NCBI RefSeq assembly: GCF_006345805.1
Contig: NC_043020.1
Location: 18,972,001-19,036,000, forward strand
DNA length: 64,000 nucleotides
Source: Octopus sinensis
Lineage: Eukaryota
Reading direction: 5' to 3'
This document shows, piece after piece, positions 11,255 to 24,539 of this stretch. Made by a program: the position numbers and the translations under genes. Below the pieces are notes generated by a model that saw nothing but the letters and a program-made list of their open reading frames with translations, did not search any database and was not told where the DNA came from. Position 1 is the first letter of the stretch, and every line of letters starts with the position of its first letter.

Positions 11255-11603
11255 GTATATATTATATATATATATGTATGTATATATTATATTATATATA
11301 TATTATGTATATATATACACATTTTCAAGTGAACAAAATTTTTCGATCTACCATGTCCGGCATTTGAAACCCTAGAGCATTAACCCTGTCTCGTATTTAC
11401 TTCTCTGTCATATTATTATAAATGTGAAGCCCTTGTGCCAATGGTATAAATCAATGGATAATAATAACAATATACATACATACATATACATATGTATGTA
11501 TGTAAATGTGTATGTATATGTATATATTTATGTGCGTGTGTATATGTGCATATGTATTGTAGATATATATATATGTTTATATAATAGACACATACATATA
11601 TAC

Positions 11604-11634
<31 letters not shown>

Positions 11635-11922
11635 TATAAGTGGAGTGACATTACAACAAGTGCTTGTTGGTTTAGAGTGGCACTCATTAAGAGGGATTGC
11701 TTTGTCGTTCTAAATGTTAATGTTCCAGCTATTGTTTTTGTCTTTTTTTGTCATTAGTTTTCATTTGAATGGAGAGGCGAGCAACCCCTTAACACCCCAC
11801 AAGTAAAATATGAAGAGAACACTTCAACAAAATGAATAAACTAAAAATTACGTGAAGTGTATCGTGATATTTTCCAGTGAAATAAATAAATAAATAAATG
11901 AACAAATAAATAAATAATGGAA

Positions 11923-11962
<40 letters not shown>

Positions 11963-12136
11963 GGAAGGCGCAGGCGTGGCTGCGTGGTAAGAAGTTTGGT
12001 TCCAGACAACATTGTTCTAGATTCAGAACTTCAGCGTAGTACATATGGCAAGTATCTTCTAATAAAGTCCCAGGTCAACGAAAGGTTTGCGAATGGAAAT
12101 GGTAGATAGAAACTTAAAGAAGCCCGTCATATATAT

Positions 12137-12224
<88 letters not shown>

Positions 12225-12249
12225 TATTATATATAATATATGTATATAT

Positions 12250-14570
12250 ATATATAGTTATATTTTTACTTAATATACAGGTAGCGCTGTGAAGTGCTCA
12301 GGTAGAGACGTTTGATATATTTATATTTAAAAGGAGGTTCAACAATCTAGAATAATAATACAACATATACTCAGTCATAAAACCGGTGTATGCAAATTAT
12401 TAAAATATATTCAATGTATCACTCATTAAAATATTGAAAAATGTAAAAAAAATTACAGATACATAAATATATAAAAATATAATTGACATATCTGGGTAAA
12501 AAAACTATATCGATTTATAAAAATATATTAGCAACTTAAAAGTTATATATTGAAGACATCGTCATACTTGCAGATTAAGAGCGTTGATAAAAAGATATTA
12601 AAAAAATATATTAAAAAATACAAGTGTAAATCCTCGTGAAAAGGCGAATAAAGAAATGCTTAAGCGTCCATATGGAAGGTAAGGTTTCCAGTGATTATAT
12701 GGAGGTGCTCCAATTTCAAGAACCAAGTGGTGATACTTCGACGGCCGTTTCAAGGGTACAGTAATTCATACAAATAAAGGGTGTTCCTATTCAAATTTTA
12801 GAGAATGTCTCCTTCATTAGGGAGAATGTATTAGTTAAGGATTCACATCTCACATTGTCATAACGAGTAAAATACGTTTTAGCAGGAAGGGAAATCTTAT
12901 AGCAATTGTGGGAAGTAAATTTAGAAGATACGGTAGATTATAAGCAAGTAATTATTCAGTAAGAGGAAGGCGAGGGGGGCTGCGAGTATAAATATTTTAG
13001 GTGGAATGTAATTAATTATAAAGCTTAATGATCAGTCTACCCAGACTGATGAAAATGCTTAAATGTTGAATGGTATCTTTGGTTACAAGGGTACATAACG
13101 TTCAAAAACTTATTGAATAATTTATAGTTATATCGACGGAGAATATTTATAGATTCTTTAATACATAATTTACATACACGCGTAATTGTATTATATGGAG
13201 GGGCTTCAGCTATTATAGACCAAGATAATGAACATTGTATATTCTTTACATTGTATATATTGTATATTCTTTATATTCGTGTATATATGAAGCTAGCGTT
13301 GTTGTGGATATGTATTTTAAGTTACTAAAGGAATTCAAATGAGCCTTATAGTGATGCTTAAAATCAATAGTACTTCCTATATAAGCCTTTACCCTCTGTG
13401 TGGCAGGAATCTCTACACAGCACTTATAAATTACATTTCTGCGCAGACAGGATCCAGCAAATGGGCATGAGCCCGAGATGCGGATTTTACATGTTTTTCT
13501 TCTTGTATCAGCATTAATCTTCCGTGTAACTGGGGTCAGAGCACCCTCAACTGGTAGGCGTTGGCCTGGTGAATCACTTTTATTAGAACTAGAAAAGTTT
13601 TTTGAATTATGGAATGCAATACAAGGATGTGGGTGGGCAGACGTCTTAAGTTTAAGTTTGGATCTATCAATGGAGGCTATAACCGATCCTAAATTTGGTG
13701 TAGTGGAATACGAAAGTTTCGCAGACGATTTGTTAAAGATAGGATAATATTTATGATGTTTTGTGAAGTTTTCTTTCAAAATTTTAAAGAATAGCTTCGG
13801 TAATTATCTAATCTGAAGAGAGAAGGGTGGGGCGAACCATATAATTTCTCATTTCCTAGATTTTTAATATTTGGTTTCATTAAGTTGGGCGGAGTTATAC
13901 GATTTATACGTATACTAAATGTATACTAAAAGACATTATTTATTCGGGCGTTATCCGTAAATGGTTGTTTAAAAAATATTTAATTGTTTTATCTAAAGAG
14001 GAGGCCATACTATTAGATTGTGAGAGAGTTCTCGTGAAGAGATAAGCACTTTTAATTTTGAGTTTTGTATCAGGGATAATAAGTATTTTATCTTTGAAGC
14101 CACTTAATTTTAGAGTTTGATTATAATATGGAGCATGAGTGTTGAATATCTCCTCATTGGCAGATAAGTTCGAAATTCTAATAGAAATACCATGCTATTG
14201 AGTGTTGATCTAGGGTCATTACAGAGAATATTTAAGTACTGAAGGGTTTGGTTGGGTTTCCTATATGGATACTGAAGATTAGTATCAAAGTTAAGTGTGA
14301 CATCCAAGAAGTTGGCTACCATATTATCCATTTTAAATACAATATTTAAATTGTAATTTTTAAAGAATTTTATCAAAGATTTCTAAGTGCGTTCTATCTC
14401 TGGACGGCATGAAGTTTTGGTTGCGAAATGTATTAGTTAAGGATTCTCTCTACATTATTGAATAAGTTCTCAGATGCTCTGTACTCTTGTAACCATAGAT
14501 ACCATTCAACATTTAAGAGTTTTGATTAATCTGGATAGTAAGAAAGCCATTCACTATATTCTGTCACAGA
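12250..14570 (-). mobile_element. Penelope-like retroelement remnant (Naiad-like): RT C-terminus plus GIY-YIG endonuclease
   Basis: NFLDVTLNFDTNLQYPYRKPNQ (RT thumb); SCPFAGSCLRRNVIYKC...KAYIGST (Cys motif plus GIY-YIG); WSII...VCKLCIKES downstream; frameshifted; ends in (TA)n. Confidence 0.85.
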
Positions 14571-14639
14571 GAAAATTTGTCACTGGTGACAAATAGGTCT
14601 AAAAACACCGAGTCATTTTGAAGCGCCTCCAACCCAATC

Positions 14640-14685
14640 TGATGGATACATGCATTTCGGAGTAGTTATCTTTTCTTCAGCATCA
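14640..14685 (-). ncRNA. Type I hammerhead motif, family E (stem II degraded)
   Basis: UGAUG-CUGAAGA-aaagauaacuacucc-GAAA-UGCAUGUA-UC-CAUCA. Confidence 0.55.
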
Positions 14686-15139
14686 TACACTGGAGAGGAG
14701 TGTCGCTGCGAACTGACTAGAGGTTGATCTCTCTTATTATCCTCCAGTCATCTACTGTGAGTGGATACGCTTATTGGTTCACCACTAATAATATCCAGTG
14801 AACGGCCTTTTTATAGCTTCAAGTATGCCTGAAGTTTATTTGAACTAGTAACAAGTTTATATATTATATGCTTAGCTCTTCTAATCCGTATTTTATTACG
14901 GCCGAACCGTCGATCCGCGCAACCAGTCACAGTACGCTGACTGGAATATAAGACAAATCCATTTCTAGTTAATCCGTAGCGCCTCCTATTTCTTAGCAAA
15001 GCTTGTGCCACTTCACAAAGATTAGCCCTTTCCATCAGAGCCAGAAAATATTTCAGCCCTAACAATTGCCGACATTCTGCAGAGCTCATGTGAATGGTTT
15101 CAAATTTTGGCACAAGGCCAGCAAGTTCGGAGGATGGGG

Positions 15140-15645
15140 TAAGTCTTCATCTCCAACGCTTCCTCGATGGTGAGCGGGTGTGGTTGCCATTTATCCGACA
15201 GGATTTTCCATATCTCATCTCTTTGATTGAGATTCAGTCCTGGATTAAGCGTAGACTGGGGCATGGCGCCTAGCAACTACACTGTTGTCAGGTGCCCTTA
15301 GTACTCTGTCAGTCGGGCAATGCAGTCGGTGGAAGTTCCACTCTGGCGTTCTACAGAGGATCAGTGGCGGGCCAATGCGACAACGTTCTAGGAGAGACTC
15401 TCGGCGTCGACAACAATCAACTAGCTGGTTTGTTCCAGAGGACTTTCGGGCCGGAGCCTATGGATAGCTTCCAGAAATCCACGGTTTGGCAGTGCTACCG
15501 GGAGAAGGGGAGGGGCTTTTTCGGTTCGGGATAAACTCTACAGGTTTAGAAGGGCTGTCAGCCGGACTTACCCGAGATGAGCCGCTCAAAGCGACGAAAC
15601 TGTTCTGCACGCTCTCGTCCAATCCCTCAGCATTGCTGAGTGAAT
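15140..15645 (+). mobile_element. L1/Tx1-type LINE ORF2 C-terminal remnant
   Basis: WQCYR...RDKLYRFRRAVSRTYPR*AAQSDETVLHALVQ, a decayed C-terminal CCHC region. Confidence 0.65.
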
Positions 15646-15963
15646 TTGGTCGATGGAAACTGAAAGAATCCCCATGTATACACATATATATGTGTATGTT
15701 TGTGTGTCTTTGAGTCTGTGTTTGTCTCCCACCACTAGTCTTTGTGTGTTTATTTACCCGTAACTTAGCAGTTCGGTAAAAGAAACCGATGCAATAAATA
15801 CTAGGCTTTACAAAAAAGCACTGGGCTTGATTCGTTCGACTAAAATTCACTAAGGTGGTGCTCCAGCATGGCCAGTCTCTAATGACTGAAATAAGTAAAA
15901 GATAAAAGACATGTATGAGTCCGTGCATTTGTGTGTGTATGTGTGTGTGTATGTGTGTGTGTA

Positions 15964-15996
<33 letters not shown>

Positions 15997-16479
15997 GTCT
16001 GTCTGTACGTATATATGTATGCGTAAATGTGTATGTCTTTGTATTTGTGTTACTTTCCATCGCTTGACAATTGGTTTTCATTTGCGTTTCTGTAACTTGG
16101 CGGTTCGGCAAAGGACACCGTTTGAATACGTATCACACTTAGAATTAACGTTGTGCTTCATTTGTTTGACTAAATTCATTCTTCAAGGTGATGCCCCAGC
16201 ATGGCCACAGTCAAATAACTGAAACAAGTAAAAGAGTATACGATATGTACTTTAACATTATTCATTCACCCCTACATCCAGCCCCGCCCCCAGTTGATAT
16301 TTCAACAAAATTATTGATTTTTCCCATTGAATTGTCGATAGTTCTAATATCTTTGCTACTTGCTTATCGTCTGCTTCTACACGAGTAAACAGTAAGAAGA
16401 CATTATGAGATATCGCCGAGGCAGTGTGTGTGTATGTGTGTGTATTCTTTTCTACTCTAGACACAATGCTTGAAATTTT

Positions 16480-16839
16480 GGGGGAAGAGACCAGTCGATT
16501 AGATCGACCCCGGTACGCAACTGGTACTTAATTTCTCGAACCCGAAAAGATGAAAGGAAAAGTTGACCTCGGCGGAATTTGAACTCAGAACGTAACGGCA
16601 GATGAAATACCTATTTCTTTATTACCCACAAGGGGCTAAACACAGAGAGGACAAGCAAGGACAGACAAACGGATTAAGTCGATTACATCGAACCCAGTGC
16701 GTAACTGGTACTTATTTAATCGACCCCGAAAGGATGAAAGGTAAAATCGACCTCGGCGGAATTTGAAGTCAGAACGTAACGGCGGACGAAATACCGCTAA
16801 GCATTTTGCCCGGCGTGCTAACGATTCTGCCAGCTCGCC
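16480..16839 (-). mobile_element. SINE family B, head-to-tail dimer
   Basis: ggcgagctggcagaatcgttagc head, gagttcaaattcc-type B box, cctttcatcctttcggggtcgat core; second unit restarts at gtatttc. Confidence 0.85.
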
Positions 16840-16910
16840 ACCTTCCAAAAATACATTACAAACGTGCTGTTTGTGCTTTTCTTTTCCTTCTTTGGACTTT
16901 TCTCTCTCTC

Positions 16911-16946
16911 CTTTCCGACGAAGAGCTATGCTCGAAACGTCAAAAG
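16911..16946 (+). ncRNA. Minimal type I hammerhead motif, U4C core variant
   Basis: CUUU-CCGACGA-A-GAGC uau GCUC-GAAA-CG-UC-AAAAG. Confidence 0.6.
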
Positions 16947-17563
16947 CTCTTTTACTAAACGTCAAACTAACACATTCCTCGTGCACGTCCTCTTGTTGCC
17001 TGTGAATTTTATTATTCATTTATTTGAATTGTTTATTTGAATTGACTTCACACACACATATAGGGTAGAAACCCTATAAATATTGAACTGCACCAAGAAA
17101 GTTCCCCTCCGAAGCACAAGTCCCAGTAAGGATGCTTCTAGAATGTCGTAACAAAATCAGTGCTAGTTAAAATTTCTATAGAAAATCTGTACAGATAACC
17201 TCAACAAGCGGTGCAGCTAGAAAGTTTCCCTCCGAGGCACAAGTCCAGGTAAGATTGTTTTGTGGAAGATCAGTAGCCATCCATGCATACCAGTCTCTCA
17301 ATGCAGGGATGGGGAAACATTTTAGTGTGGCGGGAAAAAATGTTGCTAAGAAAAAGATACGCGGGCGGATCACAGGTCCTAACTCTTATATCTGTGTAAA
17401 TCTCGTATATATCTATGAATAATTTGATATACATTAATAAAGGTGAGTTAAACACATTAAATTAACGCGCAACATCTTCATTAGCGCCGCTCTAACCACT
17501 GAGTCATGCGCCTTCACAGGTATTCAAATATTGTATAAATTTTGATTGAAAAATTTACTATAT

Positions 17564-17980
17564 AGGCGCAGGAGTGGCTGTGTGGTAAGTAGCTTGTTTA
17601 CCAACCACATGGTTCCGGGTTCAGTCCCACTGCGTGCCACTTTGGGCAAGTGTCTTCTACTATAGCCTCGGGCCGACCAAAGCCTTGTGAGTGGATTTGG
17701 TAGACGGAAACTGAAAGAAGCCCGTCGTATATATGTATATATATATATATATACGTGTGTGTGTTTGTGTGAGTGTGTTTGTCCCCCTAGCATTGCTTAA
17801 CAACCGATGCTGGTGTGTTTATGTCCCCGTTACTTAGCGGTTCGGCAAAAGAGACCGATAGAATAAGTACTGAGCTTACAAAAGAATAAGTCCCGGGGTC
17901 GAGTTGCTCGATTTAAGGCGGTGCTCCAGCATGGCCGCAGTCAAATGACTGAAACAAGTAAAAGGGTAAAAGAGTAAGAG
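17564..17980 (+). mobile_element. SINE family A, full length
   Basis: Consensus-like head, linker and tail. Confidence 0.92.
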
Positions 17981-18075
17981 TATATTTTGCACATATGAGT
18001 ATATCAGCACAATAAAACGGGATCGCGGACGCAACTGCGACCGCGGGCGGGGTTTTCCCTACCCCTTCTCTACAG

Positions 18076-18121
18076 AGTTTACGGTATGCTAGTTATTTCA
18101 GAGACCAGTTGGCAGAAAGTC
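18076..18121 (+). CDS. Candidate 46-nt exon
   Basis: Acceptor ccccttctctacag, donor GTC|GTAAGA; two frames open (SLRYASYFRDQLAES or VYGMLVISETSWQKV). Confidence 0.2.
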
Positions 18122-18297
18122 GTAAGATTCGCTTATGGAAGTAGTGGAAGCTGTTTCAGGGTGACTGTGGATCAGGAGGTGTGAGTCCTGGAGGGAACAA
18201 TGTTGCCTGGAACAGTGCTAATTAGACCTGTGACAGGGAGCGAGAAAACGAAAAAATAGTTTCACCATTCCATTTCTTTTTACATTAGCAACAAGTG

Positions 18298-18680
18298 GTG
18301 GCGCAATGGCCCAGTGGTTAGGGCAGCGGACTCGCGGTCATAGGATCGCGGTTTCGATTCCCAGACCGGGCGTTGTGAGTGTTTATTGAGCGAAAACACA
18401 TAAAAGCTCCACGAGGCTCCGGCAGGGGATGGTGGTGATCCCTGCTGTACTCTTTCCCCACAACTTTCTCTCACTCTTACTTCCTGTTTCTGTTGTACCT
18501 GTATTTCAAAGGGCCGGCCTTGTCACTCTCTGTGTCACGCTGAATATCCCCGAGAACTACGTTAAGGGTACACGTGTCTGTGGAGTGCTCAGCCACTTAC
18601 ACGTTAATTTCACGAGCAGGCTGTTCCGTTGATTCGGATCAACCGGAACCCTCGTCGTTGTAACCGACGGAGTGCTTCCA
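18298..18680 (+). mobile_element. SINE family C, tRNA-derived (possibly related to octopus OR families)
   Basis: ggcgcaatggcccagtggttagg A box, ggtttcgattccc B box; decayed relative of the tail at about 36690-36860. Confidence 0.75.
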
Positions 18681-19269
18681 CACATTAGCAACAGCTTCAA
18701 CTTAATAAAAATACTTTGTTGGATGCATAAAATCGTAACTCCATCCATGTATGATATTTTCAACCAGAAATACTTTTGCAAAACTGTCGTATGTGGGACT
18801 TACTACACTTTTGCAAAATGCTAGACCGTTCTACTGCACTTCTACTGAGTTACGATAGTTTGATCAAAACTCCGGCTATTGTAAGCCAAATTAAATACTG
18901 AAAAAACAAAACAAAACAAACTCAGTTGGCCAAATTTGGACATACGACAGTTTAACATAACAGCAACGATATATATATATATATATATATGACTATGTAT
19001 AAACGTTTGTTTTCATGTTAGGTAATAACAGAATGTTACATTAAACTGAAAAATGACGTAACCCATAATTTTCGTAGAGTGCATACATATACTTTTACAA
19101 GAAGGGCGAGAGTAACTTCCAAGTTTTGACCTGCTAGCTTTCTTCGGATATAGTATAATATATTTATATATTTGCACACACGCACACATAAGCATATATA
19201 CATATATGCGCATATATATATGCATGTATGTATGTATGTATGTATGTATGTATGTATGTATGTATGTAT

Positions 19270-19313
<44 letters not shown>

Positions 19314-19415
19314 GTATATATATGTATGTATAAATAGAAACATTATTATTTCTAAATCTCATGACCAAGGGTCACCTGTCTGTGGTTGGAGTGAGAAAAG
19401 TTGTAGGGGACACAG

Positions 19416-19470
<55 letters not shown>

Positions 19471-19552
19471 AGAGTGAGAGATAACTGATGAAGATTTGTT
19501 GACCTTCTGTGTCTGTTTTCCATTGTGCTTCACTACAATATGACTTTTTTCA

Positions 19553-19606
<54 letters not shown>

Positions 19607-19739
19607 ATATACAGATATATATCACGTGATCACGTGACCGACCAGACCATCAGATGTCGTTACACATTGCTGGTCACAATGCGTTCGCATTGTTTTCGCC
19701 TTCGAATGACGCCACCCCGCTGGCTAAGCGAGCAGGCCA

Positions 19740-19777
<38 letters not shown>

Positions 19778-20306
19778 TATATATATATATTATATATATA
19801 TATATAAGTGAACAGATTGACGCTTATCTCTGGCAATGCTACTGCTCCCTGCATCCTACACACACACACACACGCACATTCATACAGTGTTACATACATA
19901 TGTATGCAATGTACGTATAAATGTGTACATTCACACACATAATATGAAGTGGAGCAGCAGCGAACTTTGACCTCTGTTAGTTCTTCTAAGCCAATCGGAT
20001 CGATAGATCTCACTTGAACTTCTGTACGTTGCTGCCTCTAGGTAAAAAAAATTACACTCGCAGCGAATGAATTCTAAAGCACTGCAGTTCTGTACAGGAA
20101 AGCTTGATAAAGTAATTAGAACTTGTTCTGGAAGCTGTTGATGTCTGTTAGGCGTGACTGTGTGGTAAGATGCTTGCTTTCCAACCACATGGGTTTGGGT
20201 TTAGTCTCATTGCGCGGTGCCTTGGGCAAGTGACTCCTACTATGATTCTGGGCCGACCAAACCCTTGTGAGTGGATTTGATTCCGGAAAACTGGAAGAAG
20301 TCCAAC

Positions 20307-20389
<83 letters not shown>

Positions 20390-20679
20390 GAAAAAGAATG
20401 TATCTGGTGGACGCGTCTGAAAGGATTGGAGACAAACACTTTCCTCTCTGGTCAATCTCTCATCAACTTCTTCAAGTACCACTTGAAAAGGAAAGTGAGA
20501 GTAGAGAGGCAAGTTTTGTCTAGCGAATGTTTTAAAAAAAGATGGGTGAATGTAGCAAGAATGGCACGTATGAATGACGAAGCCACCTTGAGCATGATCC
20601 TATGAACCCAGAAATTGAAAACAGAGAGTTGCTTATTTGCAAAAAAAAAAAAAAAGAAATATAACATGTGACTCCATTG

Positions 20680-20992
20680 ACCGAGGTTACCGTGGTCTTT
20701 TCCGTAGGCTTTTCTTTCCACGGGTAAACCTCACCTGTCCTCCCCTTTACACTTCATATTGACATTTCTGTGATAACGATCCCTATTGATCAAATTTTTA
20801 TTTTTTATTTATTTTTTTTCCTCTCCCCCTTTTTTTTAACCCCCCCTTTTTTTTGTCCTCTTTCTCTCCTTTTACGATCCCTTTTGATCGAAACTCCCCC
20901 TTCCTTTTTTTTTTTTTAAACCTTCAAAAGAAAAGCTCTACCTTGTAATTTGTTCTATCTGTGTGCAGCCCTGTGTGGCTAATAAAGAAACA
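20680..20992 (+). mobile_element. Probable LINE 3' UTR ending in (TCTA)n
   Basis: Ends ...gtgcagccctgtgtggctaataaagaaac directly before the TCTA tract; terminus resembles SINE B tail. Confidence 0.45.
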
Positions 20993-21090
<98 letters not shown>

Positions 21091-21119
21091 CCTACCTACC
21101 TACATACCTACCTACCTAC

Positions 21120-21182
<63 letters not shown>

Positions 21183-21207
21183 CCTACCTACCTACCTACC
21201 TACCTAC

Positions 21208-21264
<57 letters not shown>

Positions 21265-21285
21265 AATCTATCTATCTATCTATCA

Positions 21286-21373
<88 letters not shown>

Positions 21374-21400
21374 GTCTGTCTTCTTCTGTCAATTTATCTA
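20993..21400. repeat. (TCTA)n/(CCTA)n microsatellite
   Basis: Direct reading. Confidence 0.97.
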
Positions 21401-22403
21401 TCAGTATATATAATATACATGTACACAGAGAGATAAATAAGCATTGTATATATCTATGCGTATGTGTGTGTGTTTGTTCCCCACCACCACATACACACAC
21501 ACCACTTTACAGCTAGTGTTGGTTTGCTTACGTCTGCCTCTAGCAGTTCAGTAAAAAGAAGCCGATGGAATAAGTACTTGGCTTGATAATAGTTTAGCTT
21601 GAATCGTCCTCTGTACTACTAAGAGCCGAAGACGACTCTTTTGACTAAACTCGCGAAGGTGGTGGTCCAGTATGGCCGTATTCCAATGACTAAAACACGT
21701 AGAAGATAAATAAATACATAGCAGTCGTTGCAATGGTTACAGCCGTCAAAGTTCTGGTAGCAATGTGGGAGGAGTCCTTGAATGCCTTCGGGTGGTTCAC
21801 GCTGTTCCGAGTTCACCTCCCCTGCTTCTTCTTTCATCAGTCTGAGAGGTCCCTGAAGCAAAAGAATATATATATATGATCTGACTTCTAAGAAAAATTG
21901 TTCTGAAGAAAAATCGGCAAACGCCAGAACGTAAAGCGAGCAAAACAAATGAAAAGATACAAAATATAGTGATTAATCACATACCATGGTTTCATTGTTA
22001 CCATATACATTACGAAAATGTTTGCAAATCCTCAGTGTGACCGTCATGGAAAATATAATTTGCAGAACTATATACGGGACGTCCTCCCGAGAGAGAACAT
22101 GCATACATTTATATTTGGAGGTATATTTCAAATGTCTTCGTTTTGGCGTGCTGATGCTGGAAATGACTGCAGGAAATAATTTTCTGCATCGAAGCTTGCC
22201 GATTAGAGAACATGGTTATTTAAATTTAAATAATAAGGGCAAAAATTGTTATTAATTAAATTCATATCAATTTAAACCAGTAATATAATTTTCTGAATCT
22301 TCAGATATTTTTCAATATGCTAGGTCACTGGTTTAAATTGATATTAATCTAATCAATATCAATTTTTACCCATATTATTTAAATATATATATACATGTAT
22401 ATC

Positions 22404-22437
<34 letters not shown>

Positions 22438-22567
22438 TGTATGTATGTATGTATGTATGTATGTATGTATGTATGTATAGTTCAAATTTGCAGAAAACAA
22501 AAGACAAAGACAGGTGTAGGAACAACAAGCAGGTGTATTAGGTCAACGCTCAGGAAGGATGGAAAAG

Positions 22568-22605
22568 TCTTTGACGTTTCGAGCCTCCGCTCTTCGTCAG
22601 AAAAG
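22568..22605 (-). ncRNA. Minimal type I hammerhead with intact core, in Penelope-like terminal fragment 22480-22690
   Basis: UUUU-CUGACGA-A-GAGC ggag GCUC-GAAA-CG-UC-AAAG. Confidence 0.7.
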
Positions 22606-22728
22606 ATTAAGGGGGTTGTGGTGGAAATGGAAAGAGAAAGAAAAAAAAACGGAGCGAGAAAAAATCTTTAGGGATTAACGGTTCAACATGAAGAAATGGC
22701 CGGAAGAAAGAGGCTGAATGAAAGGGAG

Positions 22729-22761
<33 letters not shown>

Positions 22762-22860
22762 TAATAATAATAATAATAATAATAATAAGAATAAGGCTGT
22801 CCCAGATGAACTAAGGTGCGTAAGTGCACGTGTGTATGAGAGGGTAATGTGTGTGGGTGT

Positions 22861-23049
22861 GCGAGCTGGGCGAAATGCTTAGCGGTATTTTGTCTGTCGT
22901 TACGTTCTGAGTTCAAATTCCGCCGAGGTCGACTTTGCCTTTCATCCATTCGGGGTCGATAAATAAAGTACCAGTTTCGCACTCGGGTCCCTTTGTCTGT
23001 CCTTGTTTGTCCCCTCTATGTTTAGCCCCTTGTGGGCAATAAAGAAATA
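22861..23049 (+). mobile_element. SINE family B
   Basis: Head, core and gccccttgtgggcaataaagaaat tail. Confidence 0.85.
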
Positions 23050-23377
23050 TACGTGTAAATGGAGGCGAGTGTGTGAGTATGCATGTGTGGCCGAGCTGAA
23101 AATGATGTGAGCTTGTGTGTGTGTATGTGTATGTGTAACGTAGTGCGTACATATGTGGAGCGGTGTAGTTGGATTTGTTTTAGTGAAGATGCTGGTCACG
23201 TAAATGTGGATGTTGGTGGTGATGTTTTTTGTTAAGGCCTTTCTGCTATAGGCACAAGGCCTGAAATTTTATAGGGAGGGTGTCTAGACGATTACATCGA
23301 TTCCATTTATCAACTGGTATTCATTTTGTCAATCCTGAAAAGTAAGAAATAATAAAGAGAAGAAGTAAAGAAAAGAA

Positions 23378-23793
23378 AGGCGTAGGAGTGGCTGTGTGGT
23401 AAGTAGCTTGCTTACCAACCACATGGTTCCGGGTTCAGTCCCACTGCATGGCCCATTGGGCAAGTGTCTTCTACTATAGCCCCGGGCCGACCAAAGCTTT
23501 GTGAGTGGATTTGATAGACGGAAACTGAAATAAAGCCCGTCCTATACATGTATATATATATGTATGTGTGTATGTGTGTGTATATGTTTCTATGTCTGTG
23601 TTTGTTCCCCCAACATCGCTTGACAACCAATGCTGGTGTGTTTACGTCCCCGTAACTTTGCGGTTCAGCAAAAGAGACCGATAGAATAAGTACTAGGCTT
23701 ACAAAGAATAAGTCCTGGGGTTGTTTTGCTCGACTAAAAAGGTGGTGCTCCAGCATGGCCACAGTCAAATGACTGAAACAAGTAAAAGAGTAA
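23378..23793 (+). mobile_element. SINE family A, full length
   Basis: Consensus-like. Confidence 0.92.
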
Positions 23794-24147
23794 ATAAAAT
23801 GCCGAACTCGGCAGGACTTGAACTCAGGATGTGAATTCGGAACAAATGCCACTACGCATTGCTGCTGACGAATTAACAGCTCCGTCAGCTCGCAGAACTA
23901 CGCTGCCGTCTAACATTCGAAGAAAATTATATTGTTATTGCACTCGTCGGTTGTAGTTATTGTAGTAGTAGTAGTAGTAGAAGTAGTAGTTATTTTTGTT
24001 GTTGTTAGTGTTGTTAGTGCTGGTGTGTTTTTGTTGCGCTTTCTTTTCTTTTTCTCTTTTTGCTCAAACTAATTACAAAGAAATGGAAAATATTCAATTC
24101 TACTAATTGGTCATCGTTTGAAAAAAATAAGGGTTTCAAGAAATAAC

Positions 24148-24218
<71 letters not shown>

Positions 24219-24293
24219 TAACAATAGTGATAATAATAATGACAACAACAACAACAACAAGAAAGAGAAGATGATGTCGATGAAGATGAATAA

Positions 24294-24338
<45 letters not shown>

Positions 24339-24476
24339 TAGTGAAAGAAGAAAGGAAAGGAGAAAACAATAAAGAAAGTCTTACAGAAAAAAAGTAGATA
24401 AATAAATAAATAAATGCCACCATCGTCTTTCTCAAGAAATGTAAGCGAAAACAACAGTTTTATGATTTTAAAACAG

Positions 24477-24539
24477 GATGCACTCCAAACGTGGATAATA
24501 ATCCTTTAGAAATGAGAATTCACATCACTCGCTCTGCAC
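24477..24539 (+). CDS. Candidate 63-nt exon (CTPNVDNNPLEMRIHITRSA)
   Basis: Acceptor ttttaaaacag, donor CAC|GTATTC, phase 1-1, open frame. Confidence 0.2.

Noticed and set aside
17564-17640. tRNA-like sequences at SINE heads
   Set aside because: Only A/B boxes are kept, no full cloverleaf, and each continues into a SINE body
18014-18060. GC hairpin resembling a Helitron 3' end
   Set aside because: Followed by CTAC, not CTRR, and no matching 5' end or Rep/helicase remnant
19930-20040. Minus-strand frame TEVQVRSIDPIGLEELTEVKV, cadherin-like by eye
   Set aside because: Good acceptor but no convincing donor and no DxNDN-type motifs
20961-21436. Long ORFs with IYLS, HTHT, VCVC, poly-N/D/M/Y content throughout the track
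   Set aside because: Translations of di-, tri- and tetranucleotide microsatellites; no domain content
22290-22312. CUGAAGA-UUCA-GAAA on minus strand
   Set aside because: No stem II and no stem I pairing
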